A stretch of DNA of 64,000 nucleotides from a virus (IMGVR_UViG_2522572155_000001:88576-152575); one strand, 5' to 3'; positions 38,106 to 46,670 are shown, counted from the stretch's first letter. Notes: generated by a model from the sequence alone, not told the origin. Translations and numbers: made by a program.

Positions 38106-38840
38106 TCAGACCCACTCGCCGGTATCGGTCGCTCCAGTCGGCTCGGTTTCCAAGTCCTCGATCCACGGGTAGATCGGGACGCGACGGACGTAGTCACCCG
38201 AGCGGTTCTCGGGCGGCACGGAGTAGAACTCTCCAGTTACAGGCGCGCGGTACTGGACGATGTACAACTGCTCGTCCTCGGACTGCCACGGGACGGGCGC
38301 CTGTGTCTCCCCGAACCCGGAGACCTTCTTAGAGACGTCGATGAAGTGCCACCTCGCGTCCGGCACGTTGTCTTGGTCGGCGTACACGGCGTTGAAGAAG
38401 TTGTTGGTGTAGTCCGAGATCGTTCCCATGGTGAGGGTCTGGACCACTGTGTCCGACATGAGGTCACGGTCGAGGTTCGAGAGCGCATAGATTGCGAACT
38501 CCAGGTCACCCGTGAAGATGTTGTGGAGCATGCGCATCGGGATGAGGTCGTCGTCCTCTACGAAGATCATTTCCTGGTGACCAACGCCGACGCTCTGGAT
38601 GTCGCGCTCGAAGAAGCGCACGACGACGCAGGGGTAACGGTCCTTGTCTCGCGGCCACTCCAGCGTCACCTTCACGCCCTCAGTCCCGTGCGTTCCGTCC
38701 TGCCGCGCGACGGGCGTCGTGCGGAGGGCGTCATCCGGGTGGTTGGCGAAGACGCGTGCGAGTCCATCCTGGACGGAGGACTTGAGGAAGGTCTTGTACT
38801 TGACCGTCTTCTCAGGCAGGTAGCGGGGCAGGAGTGACAT
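38106..38840 (-). CDS. Tail completion/neck protein
   Basis: Upstream of the sheath; YPCVVV...IYALSNLDRD pattern. Confidence 0.6.
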   Translation of the reverse strand: MSLLPRYLPEKTVKYKTFLKSSVQDGLARVFANHPDDALRTTPVARQDGTHGTEGVKVTLEWPRDKDRYPCVVVRFFERDIQSVGVGHQEMIFVEDDDLIPMRMLHNIFTGDLEFAIYALSNLDRDLMSDTVVQTLTMGTISDYTNNFFNAVYADQDNVPDARWHFIDVSKKVSGFGETQAPVPWQSEDEQLYIVQYRAPVTGEFYSVPPENRSGDYVRRVPIYPWIEDLETEPTGATDTGEWV

Positions 38841-39289
38841 CAGATGTCGAGTGAGGTCTGACCGTTAGGTTCGTTGGGGAAGAGATCCATCTGGATCTGG
38901 CCGGAGGCGGGTTCCTCACGGTTAGCTGCGTAGTTGGAGAAGTAGTTGCGTCCGTTGCGTGCCTCTCCGACGATGAGGCCGACGAGGAGGTAGTCCTTCT
39001 CCACGACCGCCTGACGCATCGCGTCGTGGCCGATCTGACGCATGGCCTGGCGCCATTTGCGGTTGTTGCCGTAGAGGAGGGCGGCGTCGTACTCGACGCA
39101 GAGCCCGCGCCCCGGGACTACCTCGGACTTGACCGACGCTTCGCGCCAGACGTTGCTCGCGTGTTCCACGAGCCCAAGGAGGCGCGGATCACGGTTGGCG
39201 ATCTCGGCGGCGTGGCGCGAGATGACTGCGTGTACCTCTGCGATCGTCGTCGCCGTGGGTGCGATCCCATCGAAGCTAAGCTGCGGCAT
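38840..39289 (-). CDS. Hypothetical protein
   Basis: TGATG coupling at both ends; start trimmed to 39289. Confidence 0.6.
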   Translation of the reverse strand: MPQLSFDGIAPTATTIAEVHAVISRHAAEIANRDPRLLGLVEHASNVWREASVKSEVVPGRGLCVEYDAALLYGNNRKWRQAMRQIGHDAMRQAVVEKDYLLVGLIVGEARNGRNYFSNYAANREEPASGQIQMDLFPNEPNGQTSLDI

Positions 39290-39699
39290 CAGGCGATGGC
39301 GAAGCTGACGTTGAAGGATGTGAACTGGAGGAAGTCCCCGGTGTTGAGGCGTCGGGGTGTCGTCAGCGGCTCCCACGCCAGCATGTGACCGCTCGATAGC
39401 GCGTCAAAGATGCCTACGGCCACCACCGTGGGCCATGGGCTTGGAGCGGTATCCGAACCGGTCCCTAGCGACGGGAAATAGACGTTGCCGGAGAGGGAGC
39501 GGGGTGAGCCCATTCCGGCCCACGCCAGGGCGAACCGCGTGTACTTGCCTGCGGTCGCGATCGTAAGCTCCGTGCCGCCACCGTTGGCGGCGGGCATGGA
39601 GGAGAAGAGTCCGGCGTAGAGGGTCGTCGGCGGGGTATAAGTTGTGGCTCCCGTAACGTGGTTGACGAGAGCGGTCTTGAGGAAGTCAGAAATGGGCAT
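39289..39699 (-). CDS. Small virion structural protein (family usually labelled phage tail fibre/head decoration)
   Basis: LYAGLF...GGGTEL...YTR...W.TV...GIFDA...G.ML; paralog of 55145-55531. Confidence 0.7.
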   Translation of the reverse strand: MPISDFLKTALVNHVTGATTYTPPTTLYAGLFSSMPAANGGGTELTIATAGKYTRFALAWAGMGSPRSLSGNVYFPSLGTGSDTAPSPWPTVVAVGIFDALSSGHMLAWEPLTTPRRLNTGDFLQFTSFNVSFAIA

Positions 39700-40544
39700 C
39701 AGTAGTAACCGCGTCCTACGGTCCGGACGCGGAGAGGTGCGGGGAGGAGACGACCGGCCTTCGTATCCACGAGCATCGCGGAGTGACCGAAGCCGACGAA
39801 GCGACGCTTGAACATCGCGGCGTTACGCTGGTAGGTGTCCTTCTCTAGCTGGTAGATCGTGCCCCAGCGCTGGAGGTAGTCACGACGGTCCTGGTAGGGA
39901 GCGTTCATCCCCTGCGGTGCTGCCTGTTCGACGTAGGAGCGCATGAGGTGACGCACCACCGGGAGGAAGACGCACTCGGCCAGGAGGGGAAGGTCGGCGG
40001 TCGGGTCACCGGGACCGGCGAAGAAGTAGTCCACTGTTAGCTGCGTGCGGACAGGCGGGGACTCGTTCAACTCGAAGAGCCCCTCCCCGATGAAGCTCGT
40101 CATCTTCGCTTCGTTGAAGTAGTTGAGGGTCATGTCCCTGAGGTAGGGACCCTCGTCTTCAGCGTCGAAGCAGTCCTCAAGCTTCTTCCAGACATACGTG
40201 CCGACTACCTCTGCGTATGAGGGAGCGGGCGGATCGAAGGGGTTGATGACGCGGAAGTCCTGGCGGGTGGAGCGCTTGGCTCCGTTCGCCAGGGTGAATG
40301 TTGCGGCGACCTTGTACTGGCCGATTAGGGATGTTGCGTTGTAGATCAGCGTCCCGGCGCCGTCGTCATCCAGGATGCCTTCTGCGTGATGAACCTGACC
40401 TTCGGGGTCCTGGATCGTGAAATCCACGGACAGGAGGTCGTCCGGGTTCATCGGGGTGTCTTCGGCGTCGTACAGCGTCGTGTGTAGCTCGGCGCTGTCG
40501 CCCGAATTGACGAGGACTACTTCGCGATCGAATCCCAGAGACAT
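39699..40544 (-). CDS. Head-tail adaptor/neck protein with N-terminal Ig-like (BppU-like) domain
   Basis: Synteny; DRRDYLQRW motif; start trimmed to ATG 40544. Confidence 0.6.
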   Translation of the reverse strand: MSLGFDREVVLVNSGDSAELHTTLYDAEDTPMNPDDLLSVDFTIQDPEGQVHHAEGILDDDGAGTLIYNATSLIGQYKVAATFTLANGAKRSTRQDFRVINPFDPPAPSYAEVVGTYVWKKLEDCFDAEDEGPYLRDMTLNYFNEAKMTSFIGEGLFELNESPPVRTQLTVDYFFAGPGDPTADLPLLAECVFLPVVRHLMRSYVEQAAPQGMNAPYQDRRDYLQRWGTIYQLEKDTYQRNAAMFKRRFVGFGHSAMLVDTKAGRLLPAPLRVRTVGRGYY

Positions 40545-40575
40545 GTCATCCCTTACCCCCACGAAGGAGCCACCC

Positions 40576-40908
40576 TTGAGGTACGTCCCCGTCCGTTTCG
40601 AGGAGATCAACAGCGCCGGTAGCGTCGGCTGGCTAGCGACGAGCCATGGCTACGGAGTGATCGACACCAACTCGGGCAAGCTCACCTCGGTCAACGCGTT
40701 CTCCTCAGCCGAGGCCGTGGCCGAGTTCAAGCGCCTGAACGAGGCAGAGACGGTCCGCGCACACTGGCCGGACGCGCGTGACCCTGAGGTCGTCGCCATG
40801 GTGGCCGATGAAGAGTGGGGCAAGCCCGACGAGGAAACCTACGTCTACCGGGTCCACCGCGCTTCCGAGGTCATCGCGCGGCGGCGCGCCCAGGAGTCTC
40901 ATGCCTGA
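40576..40908 (+). CDS. Hypothetical protein
   Basis: SD AAGGAG then TTG at 40576; overlaps the start of the AAA protease. Confidence 0.55.
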   Translation: MRYVPVRFEEINSAGSVGWLATSHGYGVIDTNSGKLTSVNAFSSAEAVAEFKRLNEAETVRAHWPDARDPEVVAMVADEEWGKPDEETYVYRVHRASEVIARRRAQESHA

Positions 40909-42442
40909 ACTGAACGCACCACCCATCGACACGTACGAGCAGCGGCGCAAGGCGAGGGGAAACGCCAAGCCCGACGTGCGAGAGAAGCCGTGGACGGACA
41001 TCAACGCGGCTCGACGGGAGCTATTCGAGGACGGCTCGGAGTTCCGTCCTACGAGCCGTGACGAGATCGTCGGCATCGACAACGTCCTGGAGCGCGTCGA
41101 CCGGGTGGTGCATTGGCTGGCCAACGCCAAGGACTACCTAGTGCACGGCGCGCGGATCGAGCCGGGAATCATCCTGGAAGGCTTGCCGGGCACCGGCAAG
41201 ACCTCTGTGTGCCGCTACATCGCCACCGCGTCCGGGGCGCACTTCATCAACGTACGCGACTGGCCACATGCCGGAGCGCTCTACACGGACACCGACATCC
41301 GGGAGTTGTTCAATGCTGCACGGGCGCACTACGCCGCGACCGAGCAGCCGGTCATCCTGTTCTGGGACGAGTTCGAGAACGCCGCCGTCGAGCGCGGCGC
41401 CGCGAGCCCCGAGCAGGTGGCGACCGTCTCCCAGCTAACGGCCGAGCTTGACGGCATCCACGGCAAGAACGAGGGCCTTCTCCTCGTCGGCTGCACCAAC
41501 TACATCTACGGCATCGACGCCGCCTTGAAGCGCCCGGGGAGGATGGGGCTCCAGATCGAGTTCCATGCTCCCGATCGCCGGGGCAAGCGGCTGATCCTGG
41601 AGCACTACCTCGCCGGGTACAACACGCGCGACGCGATCGACACGGAGACGCTCTCATTCTTCTTCGATCAGAACGCCACGGCAGCCGACATCGAGGAGGC
41701 GTGCGTCGAGGCGTGGACCTTCGCCGTGCACCGGGCGCTCCAGGCAGAGAACGCGGCCGTGGCTCCCTTCCTGACGCAGGCCGATCTCATCAGCGTGTTC
41801 ATCACACGTCTCGTCGGACCGCCGGTCTCGTTCCTGAACCTCAACGACGACGCCCGCCTGCGGGTCGCAATCCACGAAGTCGGTCACGCCCTCGCTGCGT
41901 GCATCTTCGGGGTGCCCATGCGGCTCATCACGGTGCAGCCGGGCAAGAAGTCGCTTGGTCGCGTGATGACCGCCGAGGTGGAGGATCACATTGCCACCGT
42001 GGAGGAGATGGAGGACCACATCCGCGTGTCGCTGGGGTCGCTCGCGGCCGAAGAGGTCACCGGGCACCCGACGCTGCTCGGAGCACGTGGAGACGTAGCG
42101 CAGGCAAACCAGATGGCCGCGCGACTCGTGGACTCGCTGTACTCGGGTCGGCGCACGGGGCTGTTCCACTCCGGCCAAGCGGGGGACTATCGCGCGAGCG
42201 GGGGTGGAGGCGTCTTCTCGAACGTGTCCGACGACTCCAAGCGCTGCTCGGACTTGGACATCCGCGAACTACTAGATGACGCGCTGGCAGACGTGCGCGC
42301 CGCGCTCGCGAACGTGGGGGAGGGCTATCTCCGCGCCATCGCAGAAGAGGTGAACACTCGCGTGACGTTGACCGGCGCCGAGTTCGCATCCGTCGTCACC
42401 GCCGTCACGGGTGTGACGAATCTCACGCAGTACCGGGCCTAG
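40901..42442 (+). CDS. Soluble FtsH-like AAA+ ATPase / M41 zinc protease
   Basis: GLPGTGKT; ILFWDE; TN...IDAALKRPGR; HEVGH; AAEE; GARGD; no transmembrane helices. Confidence 0.88.
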   Translation: MPELNAPPIDTYEQRRKARGNAKPDVREKPWTDINAARRELFEDGSEFRPTSRDEIVGIDNVLERVDRVVHWLANAKDYLVHGARIEPGIILEGLPGTGKTSVCRYIATASGAHFINVRDWPHAGALYTDTDIRELFNAARAHYAATEQPVILFWDEFENAAVERGAASPEQVATVSQLTAELDGIHGKNEGLLLVGCTNYIYGIDAALKRPGRMGLQIEFHAPDRRGKRLILEHYLAGYNTRDAIDTETLSFFFDQNATAADIEEACVEAWTFAVHRALQAENAAVAPFLTQADLISVFITRLVGPPVSFLNLNDDARLRVAIHEVGHALAACIFGVPMRLITVQPGKKSLGRVMTAEVEDHIATVEEMEDHIRVSLGSLAAEEVTGHPTLLGARGDVAQANQMAARLVDSLYSGRRTGLFHSGQAGDYRASGGGGVFSNVSDDSKRCSDLDIRELLDDALADVRAALANVGEGYLRAIAEEVNTRVTLTGAEFASVVTAVTGVTNLTQYRA

Positions 42443-42762
42443 GTGTTGTGGATCTTCCAGGGCGTCACGCGCCCGTTCCCTTCCTTGAGGGCGAAGACCG
42501 CCGCGAGATTGCCGTGCTTACCAATCGTGCGTGCTAGCTGCTTGACGTGCGAGTCCATCACGGGCGTCTCGTCGGCATAGGCCACCACGAGATCGTGTAG
42601 CTGCGGCTCTTCTCCGGGCCAATGCGCCCATTTGCCCGGATCCAGGAAGGCATGGTGGAGGGGCTGGTCGCCGTTGACCAGCGCGTGCTGGGCGTCCTGC
42701 GCCAGGCTCGGCGCATGTGGCACCCGGGGGATCATGATGACGTACTTGGCTACACCGGTCAT
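42439..42762 (-). CDS. Hypothetical protein
   Basis: Codon usage plausible; GTAA element upstream; shares the CTAG stop with the FtsH-like gene. Confidence 0.6.
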   Translation of the reverse strand: MTGVAKYVIMIPRVPHAPSLAQDAQHALVNGDQPLHHAFLDPGKWAHWPGEEPQLHDLVVAYADETPVMDSHVKQLARTIGKHGNLAAVFALKEGNGRVTPWKIHNT

Positions 42763-42916
42763 TCGGTCTTTACAGGCCCGCGAGAGGGGTCTATCATGCC
42801 GTCGCGTTAGTCGGCTGCCTTTTCCCTATCCGAGGGAGGTCTATTGGAGTCACACGAGTTCAGATAGACGCTGAGCCCCGGCATCGCTTCAGCGTCATGC
42901 GAAGCTCACAAAGCAG

Positions 42917-42940
42917 GAGGCCCGGTGAGAACCGGGCCTC
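42917..42940 (-). terminator. Intrinsic terminator
   Basis: GAGGCCCGGT-TCTC-ACCGGGCCTC just after the stop at 42945. Confidence 0.75.
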
Positions 42941-42944
42941 TCTG

Positions 42945-43346
42945 TCATGCGGACTTCTTAGCCGCAGGCTTGCGGCGCTGCTGCGGCTTGGAGGCGGGCT
43001 TAGCCGGTACAGGCTCGGGGTCGGCCGCCTCGGGCTCCTGAGGGGCCTCAGCGGGCTCCTCAGAGGCTGTCTCCGGCTCCTCGCGAGGGAAGAGTCCGGT
43101 GGCGTTCTCGTGCAGGGGGTCGGCCCCACGCGATAGTCCCTCCGACAGGTTCAGTGGAGTGCCCTCTACAGCCGCGATCTTCGCGCGGCGCTCCTCCACG
43201 AAGGGCCATAGCTCTTCGAAGCCTTCGAGGTCGGCGGCACTCGCGATCACCGCGTGGTTGCGCGCTGCCGACTCGATCAGGTGGGAGTGAGCATCGGCCT
43301 TGGTCATCAGGCGTAGCTCGTTGTCAGAGAGAATCTGCTCAGACAT
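42945..43346 (-). CDS. Hypothetical protein with Pro/Glu/Lys-rich tail
   Basis: SD AAGGAG; start trimmed to ATG 43346. Confidence 0.7.
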   Translation of the reverse strand: MSEQILSDNELRLMTKADAHSHLIESAARNHAVIASAADLEGFEELWPFVEERRAKIAAVEGTPLNLSEGLSRGADPLHENATGLFPREEPETASEEPAEAPQEPEAADPEPVPAKPASKPQQRRKPAAKKSA

Positions 43347-43374
43347 GTGTCTCCTTGGTCGTGTTGGTACGGCC

Positions 43375-43893
43375 TTAGTCCTGCTGGATGCCCAGGATGG
43401 ACGTGAGGTCGGTGCCGCTCTTCGCGGCATCGTCTGAGGCCATCAGGGTGGCCATCTCGTTGTCGGAGCCCGTGAAGTTGCTGGACACGTTCGGTCCGAC
43501 CGACTTGGGTAGCGTGCGCTGGATACCGCCGTCGCGGCCCGGCTTGATGACGACGTTGCCGTCTTCGGTCTGAGCGACTACGACGCCCTGATCCTCGATC
43601 AGCACCTCCATCTCCACCGACTCCTGGCCGATTAGGTCTAGTGCAGGGTGGACAGCCTGCTGGTTCGTGGCCTGCTTCTCGAACACCTTGATGGCCTCAC
43701 CCTGGGAGACAAGCTCTACCAGGAGGCCGATGTTCAGGAGGATGGCCGGGTCCTTCGCCTCATCGCTCGTGATGGGCTGAAGGTCACCGCGCATGCCACG
43801 CGGAGGGAACTCGATGCGCCGCCCTGACTGGAGCCTTAGGCTCGCGGGGGAGGCGTAGAGGTTGCGAAGGTACTTCTGCGTGCTACGTGCCAT
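43375..43893 (-). CDS. Hypothetical protein (post-capsid head gene)
   Basis: SD AAGGAG; start trimmed to ATG 43893. Confidence 0.7.
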   Translation of the reverse strand: MARSTQKYLRNLYASPASLRLQSGRRIEFPPRGMRGDLQPITSDEAKDPAILLNIGLLVELVSQGEAIKVFEKQATNQQAVHPALDLIGQESVEMEVLIEDQGVVVAQTEDGNVVIKPGRDGGIQRTLPKSVGPNVSSNFTGSDNEMATLMASDDAAKSGTDLTSILGIQQD

Positions 43894-44027
43894 TGGGGAT
43901 TGATTCTCCTTGACGATATGGACACTCGACTGAGGCCGTCCATGCGGACGACCGACATGCTGCTGTCCTTTACGCCCGCGATCATCACCACAATGCTGCG
44001 AGAACATTCGCGGTCCCATCCACAATC

Positions 44028-44098
44028 GACCCAAGGAGGGTCCACCGGCCACGGCCCGCGCGCTGGGGAAGCGAGACGCGGGAGATATGGCCGAGGAC
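44028..44098 (+). promoter_or_regulatory. Structured 5' leader of the rpf-like gene (candidate RNA switch)
   Basis: Stems GACCC/GGGTC, CGGCCA/TGGCCG, CCCGCG/CGCGGG and CGCT/AGCG; alternative GTCC/GGAC pairing covers the SD. Confidence 0.4.
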
Positions 44099-44101
44099 GT
44101 T

Positions 44102-44674
44102 ATGCCTAGTTCACTTGTAGTCGCGGGAGCCATCGCATTCAGTGCTGCCGCGCCCACCACACCTCACGCCACGGTTAGCTCCGAGTGCTCCAAGCCCCTT
44201 GAGGCACACTACTCAACCGCCTACCACCGCGTGGCACGCCGGTTCGGTCACCACGTGCCGGGACGCAACATCCGCAAGCTCGGTGTCCGCTACCGAGGAC
44301 ACGACCACAGTTACCACGTACGGCAGGCACGGTGTCACGAGCTTCGCAGGAGCCTACGCCAGCTTCGCAAGTTCACTCGCCCCACTGGGGTACCCATGCT
44401 CACCCGCCGCGCTGCGCAGCCTCGCCTCGCGCCAGGTGGCGTGTGGACGGCCTCATACAAGGCCAACCTCCCTTGGTGCACCTGGGGACCGGAGAGCGGC
44501 GGTGACTACCGCGCCTCGAACGGCACCCACTTCGGCAAGTACCAGTTCGACCTACGGACATGGCGTAGCGTCGGGGGTACGGGTAGCCCCCTTGACGCCC
44601 CGCCCGAAGAGCAGGACTACCGCGCAGCGCTCCTCTACGCGCAGCGCGGAGGCCAGCCGTGGGTCAACTGCTAG
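44102..44674 (+). CDS. Resuscitation-promoting factor (Rpf)-type lytic transglycosylase, probably secreted
   Basis: C..ESGGDY...GKYQFD..TW..VGG.G.P..A..EEQD..A..LY...G..PW..C; hydrophobic N-terminus. Confidence 0.9.
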   Translation: MPSSLVVAGAIAFSAAAPTTPHATVSSECSKPLEAHYSTAYHRVARRFGHHVPGRNIRKLGVRYRGHDHSYHVRQARCHELRRSLRQLRKFTRPTGVPMLTRRAAQPRLAPGGVWTASYKANLPWCTWGPESGGDYRASNGTHFGKYQFDLRTWRSVGGTGSPLDAPPEEQDYRAALLYAQRGGQPWVNC

Positions 44675-44679
44675 CGCTC

Positions 44680-44708
44680 TTGCAGTCCTGAGCACTCACG
44701 GCTAGACT
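44680..44708 (+). promoter_or_regulatory. Host sigma70/HrdB-type promoter
   Basis: TTGCAG-N17-TAGACT. Confidence 0.65.
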
Positions 44709-44714
44709 GCCGCC

Positions 44715-44836
44715 GTCTCCTGACTAGAGACCCGGTTCGCCCAAGAACCGGTATGCGCCCGGGTGGGTTCGTTTTGGCTCAACGACGCCCATTTTCCTGG
44801 CGACAGACCCCGGCTCCGGCCGGGGTCTTGTCGTTC
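44715..44836 (+). ncRNA. Candidate ~120-nt structured small RNA
   Basis: Promoter upstream, three hairpins, strong terminal hairpin, no evident ORF. Confidence 0.55.
44801..44836 (+). terminator. Intrinsic terminator
   Basis: CGACA-GACCCCGGC-TCCG-GCCGGGGTC-TTGTCG-TT. Confidence 0.75.
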
Positions 44837-44907
44837 TGGTGTCGTATGGACGGATGTCCGACTTGCCTACGCGGGCGGAGTGACTAAGGCACCGGGCCAT
44901 TAGGGAG

Positions 44908-44953
44908 AGTCAATTCGAAGTAGTTGACTTCGCTCCAGTGGCGCTGATAGTGT
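44908..44953 (+). promoter_or_regulatory. Promoter with overlapping inverted repeat (candidate operator)
   Basis: TTGACT-N18-TAGTGT; AGTCAA-N10-TTGACT palindrome includes the -35. Confidence 0.55.
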
Positions 44954-44992
44954 CGTAGCGAAAGTTCAAGGACGACCCCAGGGAGGGTTTAC

Positions 44993-45880
44993 GTGAAGAA
45001 GTACCTCAAGCCGGGATGGATCCTCGGCATCATCGCAGTAGTGCTGGCGGGCTCGGGCTCGGCCGTCGCCGCCAGCGCGATCACGGGCAAGGACGTGAAG
45101 AACGGCTCCCTGACCGGAGCCGACATCAAGAACCGCTCGCTGACGACCGCCGACCTGTCAACGGCGTCGATCAAGTCGCTCACGGGCAAGTCCGGCGCGA
45201 CGGGGGCCACGGGTGCCACCGGCCTCCCGGGCGCGACCGGCGCGAAGGGCGACACCGGAGCCCAGGGTCCGCAGGGCCTCCCCGGCACCGCTGCGGCGAA
45301 GGGCGACACGGGCGCGCCCGGTCCCAAGGGCGACAAGGGCGACGCTGGTGCTGCCGGGGCAACTGGCGCGCAGGGTCCCGCCGGTCCGGGCGTCGGCGTT
45401 GTCGGCCCCGTGCACCTGAGCGACCAGGACGACCACGCCTGTGCGGACGCCAACGGCCAGGAGACATGGGCCAAGACCGCCTCCGATCGCTTCTACGCGG
45501 TCAAGCCGCTGGATGACGGCACCGGCTACCTGGTGACCCGCTACGACACCAAGGGAACGTTCACGGCCAACGTCGGCGCCAAGAACCCCGGCTCCGGCTG
45601 TGACGACACGTTCACCAGCGCCACCACCGGCACCTGGAACGGCGTGTGGACGAAGAAGGTCACGAGCGACATGACCGGCTTCGACTACAACCCCGATGCG
45701 ACACTGCCCGAGTCGGGCAGTTGGAGTGCGTTCCTGACGGCGGCGTTCGGCCTGGCCCCCGATGCCGACCCGGCAACGATGTCGTACGAGTTCGACTATT
45801 CCGCCTGCGGCCATCACTGGCGCGACGCGTACTACGACGGCGCGTTCTCGGGCTCGGGCACGATCACCGACTGCAACTAG
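44993..45880 (+). CDS. Secreted collagen-like (Gly-X-Y) protein
   Basis: Signal peptide ending AVA; [18 protein letters not shown] repeats; ~20 GXY triplets; SD GGAGG. Confidence 0.85.
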   Translation: MKKYLKPGWILGIIAVVLAGSGSAVAASAITGKDVKNGSLTGADIKNRSLTTADLSTASIKSLTGKSGATGATGATGLPGATGAKGDTGAQGPQGLPGTAAAKGDTGAPGPKGDKGDAGAAGATGAQGPAGPGVGVVGPVHLSDQDDHACADANGQETWAKTASDRFYAVKPLDDGTGYLVTRYDTKGTFTANVGAKNPGSGCDDTFTSATTGTWNGVWTKKVTSDMTGFDYNPDATLPESGSWSAFLTAAFGLAPDADPATMSYEFDYSACGHHWRDAYYDGAFSGSGTITDCN

Positions 45881-45916
45881 CTGGTACGCTCCTCCGCGTG
45901 TGAGGAGCAGGGGAGG

Positions 45917-45960
45917 GAACGACGAAGGCCCGCCAAATGGTGGGCCTTCGTTCGTCGTAG
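45917..45960. terminator. Intrinsic terminator hairpin
   Basis: ACGAAGGCCCGCCA-AA-TGGTGGGCCTTCGT. Confidence 0.75.
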
Positions 45961-45990
45961 CCGTAGATCCTCAACAGGAAGGACCCGGTA

Positions 45991-46656
45991 ATGGATCGGG
46001 CATACGTGCGCTACCGTGCGCGTCGAGCGTACCTCGCCGGTCGGCGGACGCTTGGCGTCGTCATACTCGACCGGGCGACAGGTCTCGATACGTCGCGCGA
46101 GATGGATCTCAAGAACGTCGGCCTGGCTCACCCGGAGCGCGTGCGCTACGAGCCGACAGGCTGGATTGACCTGCTGCGTACCTTCCGCGTCTGTCGCCCA
46201 CAGCCGGGCGACGTACTGCTCGACTACGGATGCGGCAAGGGACGGGTGCTCGTCACGGCCGCTCGGCGCGACTTCGCGCGCGTCGTCGGCGTGGACATCT
46301 CACCCGACCTGTGCGACGTCGCGCGGGCGAACCTTCAGGTGGACCGCTCGCGCCGCCGCTGCGGTGCGATCGAGGTCGTGGCCGCCGATGTCACTGAGTG
46401 GGATGTCCCGGACGACGTGACCGTAGTGTTCATGCACAACCCGTTTCGCGGCGAGGTGTTCGACAAGGCGCTCGCGCGCCTCTTTGCCTCACTGGAGCGC
46501 AACCCGCGTCGGATTCGCGTCATCTACCGCATCCCGATGGAGGAGCAGCGGCTGGTCGCGACAAACCGTGCACGGCTCGTGCACAGCTTCGTCGGTCTCC
46601 GGCCCGGTCGCACGTGGTCGCGGAAGATGGGGACGCGGGTCTACGAACTCGCGTAG
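45991..46656 (+). CDS. Class I SAM-dependent methyltransferase
   Basis: YEPT; LLDYGCGKGRVL; GVDISP; FMHNPF. Confidence 0.85.
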   Translation: MDRAYVRYRARRAYLAGRRTLGVVILDRATGLDTSREMDLKNVGLAHPERVRYEPTGWIDLLRTFRVCRPQPGDVLLDYGCGKGRVLVTAARRDFARVVGVDISPDLCDVARANLQVDRSRRRCGAIEVVAADVTEWDVPDDVTVVFMHNPFRGEVFDKALARLFASLERNPRRIRVIYRIPMEEQRLVATNRARLVHSFVGLRPGRTWSRKMGTRVYELA

Positions 46657-46670
46657 GTAGGTGACCCCTG

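Noticed and set aside
43900-44101. c-di-AMP (ydaO/yuaA) riboswitch upstream of rpf
   Set aside because: The conserved GCYGAAUC, GGGGUGAAU and CAGCUAAC motifs were not found
27615-44160. N-terminally extended starts in the ORF track (28736, 32304, 39376, 40610, 40778, 43430, 44160)
   Set aside because: They overlap neighbouring genes or leaders; downstream starts with stop-start coupling, an SD or a GTAA element fit better
44715-44836. tRNA or tmRNA fragment
   Set aside because: No cloverleaf, T-loop (GTTCRA) or CCA geometry; no tRNA found in any intergenic gap
45991-46656. DNA methyltransferase of a restriction-modification system
   Set aside because: No DPPY/NPPY or PC motif and no adjacent nuclease; resembles a generic class I methyltransferase
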